64,000 bases of DNA, taken from NCBI GenBank assembly GCA_029858565.1, contig JAOUEV010000002.1, forward strand, positions 96,001-160,000. The letters are read 5' to 3'. The position numbers and the translations under genes were made by a program. This stretch comes from Nitrospirota bacterium. GTDB taxonomy: Bacteria; Nitrospirota; UBA9217. Of the stretch, positions 28,309 through 37,958 are shown piece after piece (positions within the stretch are counted from its first letter, which is position 1; every line of letters starts with the position of its first letter). The notes beneath the pieces are model-generated. The model saw nothing but the letters and a program-made list of their open reading frames with translations. It made no database searches and was not told the origin of the DNA.

Positions 28309-30852
28309 ATGATGAAGAAAGCTTGTAACGATAGCGCGGTAAGCCGGCTCACATGGCTGGGGCTTGCGGTAGTCCTGATCATGCTGATCTCCGCATTCGT
28401 TGCTGTACCTCAGGCAACAGCCGGAACGTATACGGTAGATACGTGCGGCGATTGCCACGCATACTCCACGGGAACGTTCACGGACGGTTCGGCCCGGAAT
28501 AATCCGGCCGGCGCCTTCCCGGGCTCGCATCAACAGCATGTGACGACCTACCAGATGGCCTGCACGGTCTGTCACATCAACAACGGAGCTAATTTTGCCC
28601 ATCGGAACGGCAATGTTGATATAAATGCCTCGATCAGCGGAGGCACATACAGCAAAGGTTCATTCTCCCAGGTTAATACGACATCTCTGGGTCGGTGCAC
28701 TAACGTCTCTTGCCATAGCAACGGAACCCCGCTGAACGGTACAGCAACATTCGCAACAGCGACCTGGGGTTCTCCGGCAACAGGTGCTTGCGGAACCTGC
28801 CACGGCGTCCTGGCTTCCAGCGCTCCGACCTCAACGCATCACAGCAAACACGTGGGAGCTGCTGCGGGATATCAAAACGCCTGCGGTTGGTGCCATAGCA
28901 GCACGGTGAACATGACAGCGAATTCAACCGTTCAGGCGACGGTCACTTCAACTACGCTGCATGTCAACGGAATCAAGAACGTCTCCTTTGAAACCACCAC
29001 GAACGCCGGGGCGAACGCCTACGGAAGCGGGCAGGCCTATAGCTGCACCAACCTCTACTGTCATAGCCAGGGGAACACGTTCACATCACCCTATACAGCG
29101 CCGAACACGACAGCGCTCTGGACATTGGCTGCAGGTTCGCTGAACTGCAACAGCTGCCATGGTTCGACCGTAGCAACAACCACTCGCGGTAATGGCAAGC
29201 CTGAGTACGCCAACGGCACGCCGAAGAAGAACAGCCATGCGGGCCATTTCCCGTGGAACACGCTCCAGTCCTGCCAGATCTGCCATTCGGCAACGACCAC
29301 GGACGGGGTGAGCGTTACGAACAAAGCGAACCATGTGAAGAAGTCCTACAACGTGGGTTCCTACACGGGAGGCGGTGCCTGGAACACCTTGGCAAACTTC
29401 ACCTATACCTATAATGCCAATGGCAGCACCTGTAATACCAACCAGTGCCATGCTGGGCTGAACGCACAGTGGGGCTCGACAGGAGCCGGCTCCGGCAGCG
29501 AATGGAACTGCATTACCTGCCACTCCAGCTCGTTCAAGAAGTTCCTCGGCACGGGAACGATCCGGCAGGTTGTCGGTACGACCAACGCCGCTGATTTCAA
29601 CATGTCAACGATCGGGAACGGCGCAGGTTCGCGTCACCTGTACGGTGCTTCGACAATCGTGAAATGGGACTGCATCATCTGTCACGAGGAAGGTCAGGCA
29701 ACGGGCGCTCCTGGAAGGGTTGACTGGCAGAACCATAATGACTTGGGCGGCTTGATCCATCTGCGGAACGTGGACACGATCGATCCTGCGAACTCGGGCT
29801 GGGCGATTAACAACAAGTCCTGGACGACGACCGATTATCAGAGTATGGACGAGTTCTGCGTCTCTTGCCATGATTCCAACGGGGCAAGCGCGATCGCGGT
29901 GAATGCTGCGAACAACGGACTCTTCACCGGCACTGCTGCCTGGAACACCTATCGTGCAGGCTGGAAATCAATGGCAGGAACTTTCCCCGGCAGGGCAGCC
30001 CTGGCACCGTTCAACTCCACGGACTGGCGTTCTGGTTATCTGGTTGCATCCACCTCGTCAGTAGGCGCCGGCGAGGGCAGAGCAAAGATCACTGACGTGA
30101 AGACCCAATTCTACGCAGGTACTGCAGGCAACTGGGCGACAACGAACTACAACGGCAATCCGTCGCAGCACGCGGTGCTCGGTACCCGGTACGGCCGGGC
30201 CTGGAACACCTGGACCGCCGCAGCCTGGTCGAGCTACTTCATGAAGAAGTCTCGTGCGAACATCAACGCCATGCGTGAGACCGCGCTACTCTCATGCGCT
30301 GACTGTCACGTGCTCGATGCTCCAGGTGTGGGCGGCAATGCTCATAGCGGTACAGTGAAATACATGCTGTCTACAGTCACTAGTGATGGCATCTGCACAA
30401 AGTGTCATTCGACAACTGCCTACGCTGCGGCGAGCGCTATATCCCGGTGGAATCACAGCTACTCAAGAGGCGGTTACAATGCCTATGGTCTTTCCAACGC
30501 AGCAGGTACGGGTTCTCAGCTCGCCTGTATGATGTGCCATGCTGGCTGGCAGATAGAGTCAACGGTCTCGAGACAGAGGAGCTACGGCGGCATCCATGGA
30601 TCCTGGACGACCTTCTATCCCATGAGCACGGTAGGAAGTGGAAACCTGACGACCTACCGGTTCTTCCCCGGGACCTGGAGAAAGCATTCATATAGTGCTG
30701 ATAACCAGTGGGGCTCCATGACAGCTTCGACCTGTTACTTCGGGGCTACAACCGATAATAGCGGATTTGCGAGCTGTACGTCACATGGAAGCGCGACCGG
30801 CAGAACTGGAACGACGTACACGCCGACGTACACGCGTCCGGTCAAGTACTAA
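28309..30852 (+). CDS. Large secreted multiheme cytochrome c (~15 heme motifs)
   Basis: Hand count of 12 CxxCH and 3 CxxxxCH; N-terminal signal/TM; extra C-terminal CX13CxxH. Confidence 0.92.
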   Translation: MMKKACNDSAVSRLTWLGLAVVLIMLISAFVAVPQATAGTYTVDTCGDCHAYSTGTFTDGSARNNPAGAFPGSHQQHVTTYQMACTVCHINNGANFAHRNGNVDINASISGGTYSKGSFSQVNTTSLGRCTNVSCHSNGTPLNGTATFATATWGSPATGACGTCHGVLASSAPTSTHHSKHVGAAAGYQNACGWCHSSTVNMTANSTVQATVTSTTLHVNGIKNVSFETTTNAGANAYGSGQAYSCTNLYCHSQGNTFTSPYTAPNTTALWTLAAGSLNCNSCHGSTVATTTRGNGKPEYANGTPKKNSHAGHFPWNTLQSCQICHSATTTDGVSVTNKANHVKKSYNVGSYTGGGAWNTLANFTYTYNANGSTCNTNQCHAGLNAQWGSTGAGSGSEWNCITCHSSSFKKFLGTGTIRQVVGTTNAADFNMSTIGNGAGSRHLYGASTIVKWDCIICHEEGQATGAPGRVDWQNHNDLGGLIHLRNVDTIDPANSGWAINNKSWTTTDYQSMDEFCVSCHDSNGASAIAVNAANNGLFTGTAAWNTYRAGWKSMAGTFPGRAALAPFNSTDWRSGYLVASTSSVGAGEGRAKITDVKTQFYAGTAGNWATTNYNGNPSQHAVLGTRYGRAWNTWTAAAWSSYFMKKSRANINAMRETALLSCADCHVLDAPGVGGNAHSGTVKYMLSTVTSDGICTKCHSTTAYAAASAISRWNHSYSRGGYNAYGLSNAAGTGSQLACMMCHAGWQIESTVSRQRSYGGIHGSWTTFYPMSTVGSGNLTTYRFFPGTWRKHSYSADNQWGSMTASTCYFGATTDNSGFASCTSHGSATGRTGTTYTPTYTRPVKY

Positions 30853-30882
30853 CAGCTTCGAGGTCTTGAAGGCAACAAATGT

Positions 30883-30916
30883 AGCGGAGGCTCATATGAG
30901 CCTCCGCTTTTTTTTT
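30883..30916 (+). terminator. Rho-independent terminator closing the cytochrome operon
   Basis: Perfect palindrome AGCGGAGGCTCATATGAGCCTCCGCT followed by a T run, 30 bp after the stop codon. Confidence 0.9.
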
Positions 30917-31250
30917 GTTTTTTACAGCGGTGAAGGCGGTTCCTTGTGTTTAACGATAGGGATGTGTTGGTGCACGGTGAAGGAGCAAGGTAAATTGGAC
31001 GGGAAGCCCGGTGGCCCAAAGTCCGATAAACAAGAGTACGGTAGTGAAGTTGCGGCAGCGATCATCTGGGATGAATAAGGAGCCTCTTTCCTGAATGAAC
31101 TTTCGATCCGCCCTGGTGATATGTTTCAGACCTCTTTTTATCGGAGCTAGTGCCAACCGCTGTCGCCAATCGGGAGATGTCAACGAAGTGTGCTCAATCG
31201 TCATCAGAAACAGAGTGCATTAGCAAGGTGTTGAGAACGTCCTCTGGTGT

Positions 31251-31374
31251 TGCCATAGCGAGAAGCATAAGCGACCAGGCAATCTCGTATTTTATGGAAA
31301 CGCATAACCAGGAATTTGAGGAGTCTGATCCAGGCGAAGGGAATGCAAGATTGCTTTGCTTCGCTCGCAATGAC
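31251..31374. repeat. Degenerate REP/MITE-like palindromic element (GTCATTGCGAG...GCAATC type)
   Basis: Left arm GCCATAGCGAG...GCGACCAGGCAATCTC and right arm GATTGCTTTGCTTCGCTCGCAATGAC. Confidence 0.55.
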
Positions 31375-31536
31375 CAGTGCAGGACCTGCTCGGAGAGACA
31401 CTTGAAGGCATTTTTCAGCAAACAGTTCGTGAATTGTGAAGAGGGGGTAGGGGGGCAGAGAAGTCCGAGCCGTGGCAGTCCCCAGCTAGGCGCGAACGCA
31501 GAAAATCGAACGATATGCTGAAAGGACCATAATTTA

Positions 31537-32775
31537 CTACGGCAATGACGGTGAAGAAAGCAGGTAACTGTAGAGAAAAGCAGGGACCATGCGTCCGGTG
31601 ACGAATGGATACAGATAAAGCCCCCAGACTGCAGTGAGGCAAAAGAGAATACTAAAGACCTTTCGGGATCGGCCAGAGCCCATGGTCAAAGATGCAAGCG
31701 AGTACGCGATCAGTAGATAGGCAAATGGCAGCACCGCAAAGGCTGAATAGAGGAACACCGGACGCTTCACCAGGATGAACTGTAAGTACGATGAAGCAAA
31801 GAGCAGCAAGACCAGGGGGAGGCTCCGCTCTCTGCGTTGATACGCATAATACAGCCCATAGACCGCAGCAGGTATGGTCAGGAGCCAGATCGGCGGATTG
31901 CTCATGAAGGTGAAGAACTTTCCCCACCCGGCATTCACGAAGATCGGTTCGCCGTGTATCAGCGGCTTGACGAACCAGTGCCAGGGAACTGATGGCGAAG
32001 AACTAAAGAATTTATCAACAAAGGAATCAAGCGCCATGGCCTGGAGGGTATGGTAGGCGTCCTTTTGCCATATGATGAAGTCGAGTAGGTTGGACCCCCG
32101 TTTGAACCAGGGATACATCAGGAGTAAGTAAACGCCTCCAGCGACCACGCCTGACGACGCAAGGTAAGTTGAGCTGAGGATTCGGTCTTGCCCGTCACGG
32201 TTCGACCAGATCCGGAGGAGAAGATAGGCGAAGACAGCGAGAGTCGGCAGGACAAAATACCATTTGCCGGAAAGCGCCAGTCCGAGGGGGATCCCTGCCC
32301 ATGCCAGTGCGCGCTCGTTCCCCTGCATATACAGGGCGATCGCGTAGACAAAGAGCAGGAAGAAGAAGATCGGAATTATTTCCATGAAGTTGGTGCGAGA
32401 TAGGGAAATATGGAAAGGCTCGATGGCAAAGAAAAGGCCGGAGAGCCAGGCGACGCGCCGGTCCTCGAAGAGTCGCAGGGCAAGCAGCAAGAGCATCAGC
32501 ACGGAGAGGCTACCGAAGAGGACGTTCGGCAGCCGCCAGCCATAGGCATTGTTTCCAAAGAGTTTGATGCCGATCGCGGTCACATGGAAGTTCAAGGGCG
32601 GATGGAGCCAGACGACCGGGGCGTAGAGGCCGTTCTTCTGGAAGTTCTCTGCAGCGGGGATGAACTGGAATTCATCGCCGATGACGTATGGCGGTTCGCC
32701 GACGCTCCAGACGCGAAGGGCAAAGGCCAAGAGAAACAGCAGCAGCACGGTATTCCGATTGTTAAAACGTTCCAT
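31537..32775 (-). CDS. GT39/PMT-family membrane glycosyltransferase (protein O-mannosyltransferase-like)
   Basis: GDE acidic motif, HPPL, GWRLP, SGKW, PWHWF and NPPIW; many TMs. Confidence 0.85.
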   Translation of the reverse strand: MERFNNRNTVLLLFLLAFALRVWSVGEPPYVIGDEFQFIPAAENFQKNGLYAPVVWLHPPLNFHVTAIGIKLFGNNAYGWRLPNVLFGSLSVLMLLLLALRLFEDRRVAWLSGLFFAIEPFHISLSRTNFMEIIPIFFFLLFVYAIALYMQGNERALAWAGIPLGLALSGKWYFVLPTLAVFAYLLLRIWSNRDGQDRILSSTYLASSGVVAGGVYLLLMYPWFKRGSNLLDFIIWQKDAYHTLQAMALDSFVDKFFSSSPSVPWHWFVKPLIHGEPIFVNAGWGKFFTFMSNPPIWLLTIPAAVYGLYYAYQRRERSLPLVLLLFASSYLQFILVKRPVFLYSAFAVLPFAYLLIAYSLASLTMGSGRSRKVFSILFCLTAVWGLYLYPFVTGRMVPAFLYSYLLSSPSLP

Positions 32776-33712
32776 CAGCCTTCCTCAGGTCTGAGATGAA
32801 TTCGACGGCATGGGTGCCGGAGACGGTCAGAAGGTCGCAGGTGAGCTTTCCGCGCAGGAGCGGGAGGAGCATCCCGCGCTCCTCTGCCGAGACGCTGTCA
32901 GCCTGGAGATTGACGATCACCGGCTCTTTCAGTCCGGGGAAGTCCTGGAAGCGCATGATCCTGACCGAGATCCCTTCCGCAATGGTCATCCTGAAGCTTC
33001 CGCCTGAAGATTCCACGGTCTTGCTGTTCCCGAGCACTGAGGCGACCGTCTCCCACGCAGTGTCCGAAATGAGGTGATAGACCTTGCGGACCATGCCCGA
33101 CCGGACGGCCTGGTGCACGTAGTTCCCGGCTACGATGTGGTACTCCGGCCGTTTTGGACAGTGGTCCGGGTAGGAGTGTTCGAGGATGAGCCTGTTGAGC
33201 CGCGCGTAGTCGTCAGCGCTGTTGCGTGGTATCGGGACCGAGAACGAGTCTGTCAGGGCCAGGTAGCCGGCAAGGCTCGTGATCTGCCCGGATGGATCGG
33301 GAAGCCCTTTTCTCAGGAACAGGGGATAAAGGCTGAATCGCCTCAGGACGTCAGTGTTCAAGCCCTTGATCGTACAGGAGAAGGTGTCCTGTACGCTTCC
33401 CTGCAGGTCCGTCCTGAGCGCATCGCAGAGCCGGTTCAGGCTTGCCGTATCTCTGAATTCAGTGTCCTGGAACTCATCGGTCCTGTCCTCGATGTCAGCA
33501 TTCAGATGCCTGTCTATGAGCACGAGCGTCCTGCCGTGCATCCCCTGCTCGCGCCAGACAGCAAAAGCATCTTGGGGAACGTTCACCTGCCTGACCAGCG
33601 GGGAGGGCAGGATCGTCCGGTGCGATGCGCCGTATTGCTGCAGGAACAGCAGGACACTGATGCAGAACAGGAGCGATATTGCTATGACCGCGATCTTCGA
33701 TTCCTTGCTCAT
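32762..33712 (-). CDS. Membrane-anchored protein with a degenerate UPF0489/arginase-like fold (paralogue 1)
   Basis: WREQGMHGRTLVLIDRH...GNYVHQAVRSGMVRKVYHLI...KEPVIVNLQAD; aligns by eye with 45228 and 47547. Confidence 0.5.
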   Translation of the reverse strand: MSKESKIAVIAISLLFCISVLLFLQQYGASHRTILPSPLVRQVNVPQDAFAVWREQGMHGRTLVLIDRHLNADIEDRTDEFQDTEFRDTASLNRLCDALRTDLQGSVQDTFSCTIKGLNTDVLRRFSLYPLFLRKGLPDPSGQITSLAGYLALTDSFSVPIPRNSADDYARLNRLILEHSYPDHCPKRPEYHIVAGNYVHQAVRSGMVRKVYHLISDTAWETVASVLGNSKTVESSGGSFRMTIAEGISVRIMRFQDFPGLKEPVIVNLQADSVSAEERGMLLPLLRGKLTCDLLTVSGTHAVEFISDLRKADGTF

Positions 33713-35124
33713 CTTGATGTCCCGAGTGAGACCGCTGCCCTTGCGTACGCGGCCAGCTCGTTCATGGACCGCACCTTGGAGAGCCGATTGAGGATATATC
33801 CGGGCCGCAGGTAGTACTTCCTGACGGCCTTGTGATGGAGACCGTCAATCTCCTGCCTGGTCAGAGTGTGGCCTTTGACGACCGCGGAACCGTAAGCATA
33901 TTCGAACAGGCAGCTGTCAGCCGGGTCCTTGGTTCCGAACAGTCCGTTCTCGACCGCGTACCGGAAGAATGCCGTGCCCGGGAAGGGCGTGGCAACGAAG
34001 AAGTTGGCGAAGTCGGTCCTCAGGTCACGGGCCAGTCGCATGGTCTGCTCCGCGGTCCCGGTCGTCTCCCAGGGGAGGCCGGTCATGTAGTAGGCAAAGG
34101 AAGCGATGCCCGTGCCGCGGATGAGCCGCACGGAATCCCTGATCTGCTCCACGGAAACCTTCTTGCCGATCTTGTCGAGGATCTCCTGGCTGCCGCTCTC
34201 GATGCCGAGGCTGATGAGCGAGCAGCCCGCCTCCTTCATGAGCGTGAGCGTTCCCTGGTTGATGTTGTCCGCCCGCATGTTCGAGGCCCAGGTGAACCGC
34301 AGGCCCGATGCACGGATTGCCTGGCAAAGCCGCCTCACCCACCCGTCGTCGAAGTTGAAGACATCGGACCAGAAGATGAAGTCCTCGATTCCGTAGGTCC
34401 GCAAGCAGTGCCGGACCTCGTCGAGGATGTTCTCCGGGCTACGCATCCTGACCTTGCGGCCCGAGACCGGCGTTGCCAGGCAGAAAAAACAGTTGTACGG
34501 GCAGCCGCGGGAGCACTTGATGATGCCCTGGGGCCTGCCCTTGTCCGGCCGGACATAGCGACGGTTATCGATGAGGTGGCGTGCAGGGAACGCCAGGGCA
34601 TCGAGATCGCTCTGGAACGGCGCATCATCGTTCCGGAGGACCTCTTCGCCCCGTCTCCAGGTTATGCCGTGAACCGTTTCCAGGGACTCCCCGGAGACGA
34701 TCCTTTTGATCAGCGGCTCGGGCTCACTGCGCAGCAGAATGTCCACCTCGGGATGGGCCCGCAGGACCTCACGGTCAAAGACCAGGAAATGAGCTCCCTT
34801 GGCGATGATCGTCAGGCCCGGCAGGGCCTTTTTCGCCTCCCTGCATACGGTCAGGTCGGCCAGGAGCGTTGGTGTCGTCGTGCTCAAAACCAGAAGGTCC
34901 GGCTTATATTCACGCAGGATAGCTGTAAATGCGGCCATATCAAGTCTGCTTGCCGGACAGTCCAGGACCTGGCACTCAGCCCCGGCAGCCTCTGCGGACG
35001 CCGCCATGTACAGGAGGTCTGTGGGCGGAAGGGTCGGCGCGATCGGAACTTTACCGGTCGGGACCTGGCATCTGTCCTCGCGGTTAATTAGCCCGGTAGG
35101 CGGATATGCAAAGAGAACCTTCAT
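33709..35124 (-). CDS. B12-binding-domain radical SAM protein
   Basis: SRGCPYNCFFC, GIESGSQEIL, N-terminal cobalamin-binding-like domain (PDLLVLSTTT, GAH). Confidence 0.88.
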   Translation of the reverse strand: MKVLFAYPPTGLINREDRCQVPTGKVPIAPTLPPTDLLYMAASAEAAGAECQVLDCPASRLDMAAFTAILREYKPDLLVLSTTTPTLLADLTVCREAKKALPGLTIIAKGAHFLVFDREVLRAHPEVDILLRSEPEPLIKRIVSGESLETVHGITWRRGEEVLRNDDAPFQSDLDALAFPARHLIDNRRYVRPDKGRPQGIIKCSRGCPYNCFFCLATPVSGRKVRMRSPENILDEVRHCLRTYGIEDFIFWSDVFNFDDGWVRRLCQAIRASGLRFTWASNMRADNINQGTLTLMKEAGCSLISLGIESGSQEILDKIGKKVSVEQIRDSVRLIRGTGIASFAYYMTGLPWETTGTAEQTMRLARDLRTDFANFFVATPFPGTAFFRYAVENGLFGTKDPADSCLFEYAYGSAVVKGHTLTRQEIDGLHHKAVRKYYLRPGYILNRLSKVRSMNELAAYARAAVSLGTSR

Positions 35125-35127
35125 AGC

Positions 35128-36546
35128 TCAATCCTGGATCGGAAGGCGGCCCACGATACGAGACCGTTCCCGCATGGTCTCCGCGTCTATGTTGCCGGCC
35201 AAATAGTCAGCGACGAGGAAACCTTTGCCGATAGCATTGTGTGCGTTGTTGTAATCGCTTGAGGCCTCTCTTCCACAGAGGACTATGCCGGAATTTTCAA
35301 AGAAAGCCTCGATCCTGTCCTGGGCCTGATATCGCTCATGGTTCAGCACGGGATATGCACCCGGGCAGCGAACGTTGAACGCCCGGAGGATATCGTTCCT
35401 GCCGAACCATCCGAGCTCGAGGACAGCCTCGGTAAGCACCTGGTCGAACTGCTCATTTGACATAGTATCATAACGGCTGCCGTGATCGCAAATAACATCG
35501 CACAGGATGATCGCCTGCCCATCAGGGCAGAGTTCGGGTGAGAACTGGTCGAATGAAGATAGTCTGTTGAAAATGATATGTTCTTCCGGGAATATGATCA
35601 CCCTCGCCGGGAGCTGGAAATTCCTGACCGCAAGGATGCCGAGCCGCATGGTTCTGGACGGGAAAGCTTCGGCGAGCGGCATGATGGGCGAGGCAAGCGG
35701 GGCGGCAAGGTATCCGATCAATGTCCTGTTGGATATCGTGCTGACCATACGATCGGCGACCAGGTGGTGCTCGCGGCCGTTCTTTTCGTAGGAAATGTGG
35801 AAGGGGCCTTTGATCGTCTCTGCCTCGATCCGCCTGATGTTCGCGGTGAGCTCGATCACCTGCCCCTGTGACCGGACGAATTCTGCCATCGCATCGGGGA
35901 TGCGGCCGAATCCCTGCCTTGGGTAATAGAACATGCTGACGCCGGGAAGCGACCGACCCCTCAAAAATCGCTTCAGCATTGTGCCAATCGTCGGAAGTTC
36001 GAAGCGGATCCGGGCAAAATCCTCATGCAGGTCTTTTGTTCCCCAGACCTTCCTGATCATCGGAAAGGCGACCATTTCGCTGAAAGGCCTGCCGAAGGAA
36101 TGCAGGATGATGTCCTCAAAGGTAGTGTTATCAGTCCGGCGGGAGCTGAGCATTCTGAGAACGGCCTGTGAGCGGGCACGCAGCCAGCCTGCGGCGAAGA
36201 CCGTGGTAAATTTCAGGCTTGATGCACTGCACATGTTCCGGAGTTTCGGGGGATAGGAGTATACGGTCCCGTTAAAGTAGACCCCGTGCTCATTCTCCAG
36301 TTCGAGGAGGTCAATTCCCGGCAGTCCGCGGATCTTCTCCACGATGCCCGGGAGCTGCGGTGAGAGGCGATGCGGGCCGATATCGAATCGGAGACCGTCG
36401 TGCTCCAGTGTTCGTGAAAGCCCTCCGACTGCCGGCGCTGCCTCAAGCAGGGTCACCTCGAGGTTCTTGCGCCCGCATAGGCCCCAGGCAACGGAGAGGC
36501 CGGAGCATCCAGCACCAATGATAACGATCCGTGTCTTGTGCATCAT
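35128..36546 (-). CDS. FAD-dependent oxidoreductase (HemY/UDP-galactopyranose mutase-like)
   Basis: IIGAGCSG, GGLSRT, FDIGPH, AYPV, GR...YNN. Confidence 0.75.
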   Translation of the reverse strand: MMHKTRIVIIGAGCSGLSVAWGLCGRKNLEVTLLEAAPAVGGLSRTLEHDGLRFDIGPHRLSPQLPGIVEKIRGLPGIDLLELENEHGVYFNGTVYSYPPKLRNMCSASSLKFTTVFAAGWLRARSQAVLRMLSSRRTDNTTFEDIILHSFGRPFSEMVAFPMIRKVWGTKDLHEDFARIRFELPTIGTMLKRFLRGRSLPGVSMFYYPRQGFGRIPDAMAEFVRSQGQVIELTANIRRIEAETIKGPFHISYEKNGREHHLVADRMVSTISNRTLIGYLAAPLASPIMPLAEAFPSRTMRLGILAVRNFQLPARVIIFPEEHIIFNRLSSFDQFSPELCPDGQAIILCDVICDHGSRYDTMSNEQFDQVLTEAVLELGWFGRNDILRAFNVRCPGAYPVLNHERYQAQDRIEAFFENSGIVLCGREASSDYNNAHNAIGKGFLVADYLAGNIDAETMRERSRIVGRLPIQD

Positions 36547-37958
36547 GATCTTCCGCCGAGCAGCATCTTGACTCCCATGCCGATCTTGCGGCCTAGCTGG
36601 CCGAACCGGAGATGGGTGATATCGCTCCAGGCTTCCTTGGCCACAAAGGAGGGGGCGAGATAGAACTCCCGCATCAGGCCGTCCCGGATGTCCGTGAAGG
36701 CCCTGTCCAACGCATCGCCCCGCCAGGATGGCAGCCGGAAATCCTTGACCGGGTGCAGCACGAATTCCTGCCAGTGGTCCCGGTCATAGACGCCGCTCTT
36801 CACGAGCTCGAAATAGAAGTCTGAGAAGGGGACCGGCAGGAGCGTGTTCATCAGGATGAAGTCCGGCTTGATGAGCTTGATAAAATCGCGAGTTGTCCAG
36901 GCCTCCTCGGGGGTCTGGTTCGGGAACCCGATGATGAAATAGGCCAGGGACTCCAGCTTGTGGCGGTGCAGGATCTCGAAACCGCGGAGGATATCGTCGA
37001 CCGTGGTTCCCTTGTTGATGTACTGCAGGATCCTCGGGTCATGGCTTTCGACCCCTGCCGTGAGCCGGAAACAGCCGGCCTCCTTCATGGCCGCTGCCAT
37101 CTCGTCGTCAAAGGGCTTCAAACGGGCCCTCGTGGACCAGCGGAACTTCAGGCCGCGCTGAAGGATCTTGGAGCAGATCTCGTTGACCCGCGATTTGCTG
37201 ATGTTGAAGGTGTAGTCCAGGATGTGGATCTCGTCGAATCCCAGCGACAGGATCTCCTCGATCTCGTCCACGATCCGGTCGGCGCTCTTCGTCGCGTAAT
37301 ACCGGGGCACGTTGCAGAAAGTGCAGCGGAACGAGCAGCCCCGCGACGCGGTCATGGTGGTCATGACATGCCGGTCCGAGAGGGAGACGTATTTCCTGAT
37401 GTCGAGCCGCTTCCGGTCCGGGAAGGGGAAATCATCCATGTTCTTGAGGGGATTTGTCCGGGTGGATCTCACCGAGCCGTCCGGCCCCCGGTAGTGCAGA
37501 TTATCCACGGCGGAGATATCGCCGGTCCTTCCCGATGCGTACCACTCCACGAAGCGCGGGAAGGTCTGCTCCGCGGGGCCGGTCAGCATGAAGTCGAAGA
37601 CCGGGTGCGTCATCGTTTCGGAAGGATAGAGGTCGGTATGGGTGCCGCCCACGATGATACCGGTCTCCGGCAGGAACTGCTTCACGTCGGCGGCGAGCCT
37701 GACGACCCCGTAGAACCGCTCCGTGACCGCCGAGATGCCGAGCAGGTCGGGCTTTTCCCGGAGGATGTTCTCGAGCAGGGTCTGGTAGGGCGTATCGTGG
37801 GCATCGTAGAGGATGACCTCGTGCTCGGGACCGATGTTCCGGACGATGGAGAGCAGGCCGAGGGGCGGATACTTGATGAAATCGTCAAGTACATACTGGG
37901 GATTGTAATTGAGCACCGATTCCCCTTCTCGGGGGCTGATGGTGAGGATGATCTTCAT
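36543..37958 (-). CDS. B12-binding-domain radical SAM protein
   Basis: YPPLGLL, PDLLGIS, VGGTH, SRGCSFRCTFC, GVES. Confidence 0.9.
   Translation of the reverse strand: MKIILTISPREGESVLNYNPQYVLDDFIKYPPLGLLSIVRNIGPEHEVILYDAHDTPYQTLLENILREKPDLLGISAVTERFYGVVRLAADVKQFLPETGIIVGGTHTDLYPSETMTHPVFDFMLTGPAEQTFPRFVEWYASGRTGDISAVDNLHYRGPDGSVRSTRTNPLKNMDDFPFPDRKRLDIRKYVSLSDRHVMTTMTASRGCSFRCTFCNVPRYYATKSADRIVDEIEEILSLGFDEIHILDYTFNISKSRVNEICSKILQRGLKFRWSTRARLKPFDDEMAAAMKEAGCFRLTAGVESHDPRILQYINKGTTVDDILRGFEILHRHKLESLAYFIIGFPNQTPEEAWTTRDFIKLIKPDFILMNTLLPVPFSDFYFELVKSGVYDRDHWQEFVLHPVKDFRLPSWRGDALDRAFTDIRDGLMREFYLAPSFVAKEAWSDITHLRFGQLGRKIGMGVKMLLGGRS

Noticed and set aside
35128-36546. Calling the FAD enzyme hemY (heme synthesis)
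   Set aside because: The motifs fit the broader Glf/HemY-like family and the context is glycosylation, so the specific function is not supportable.
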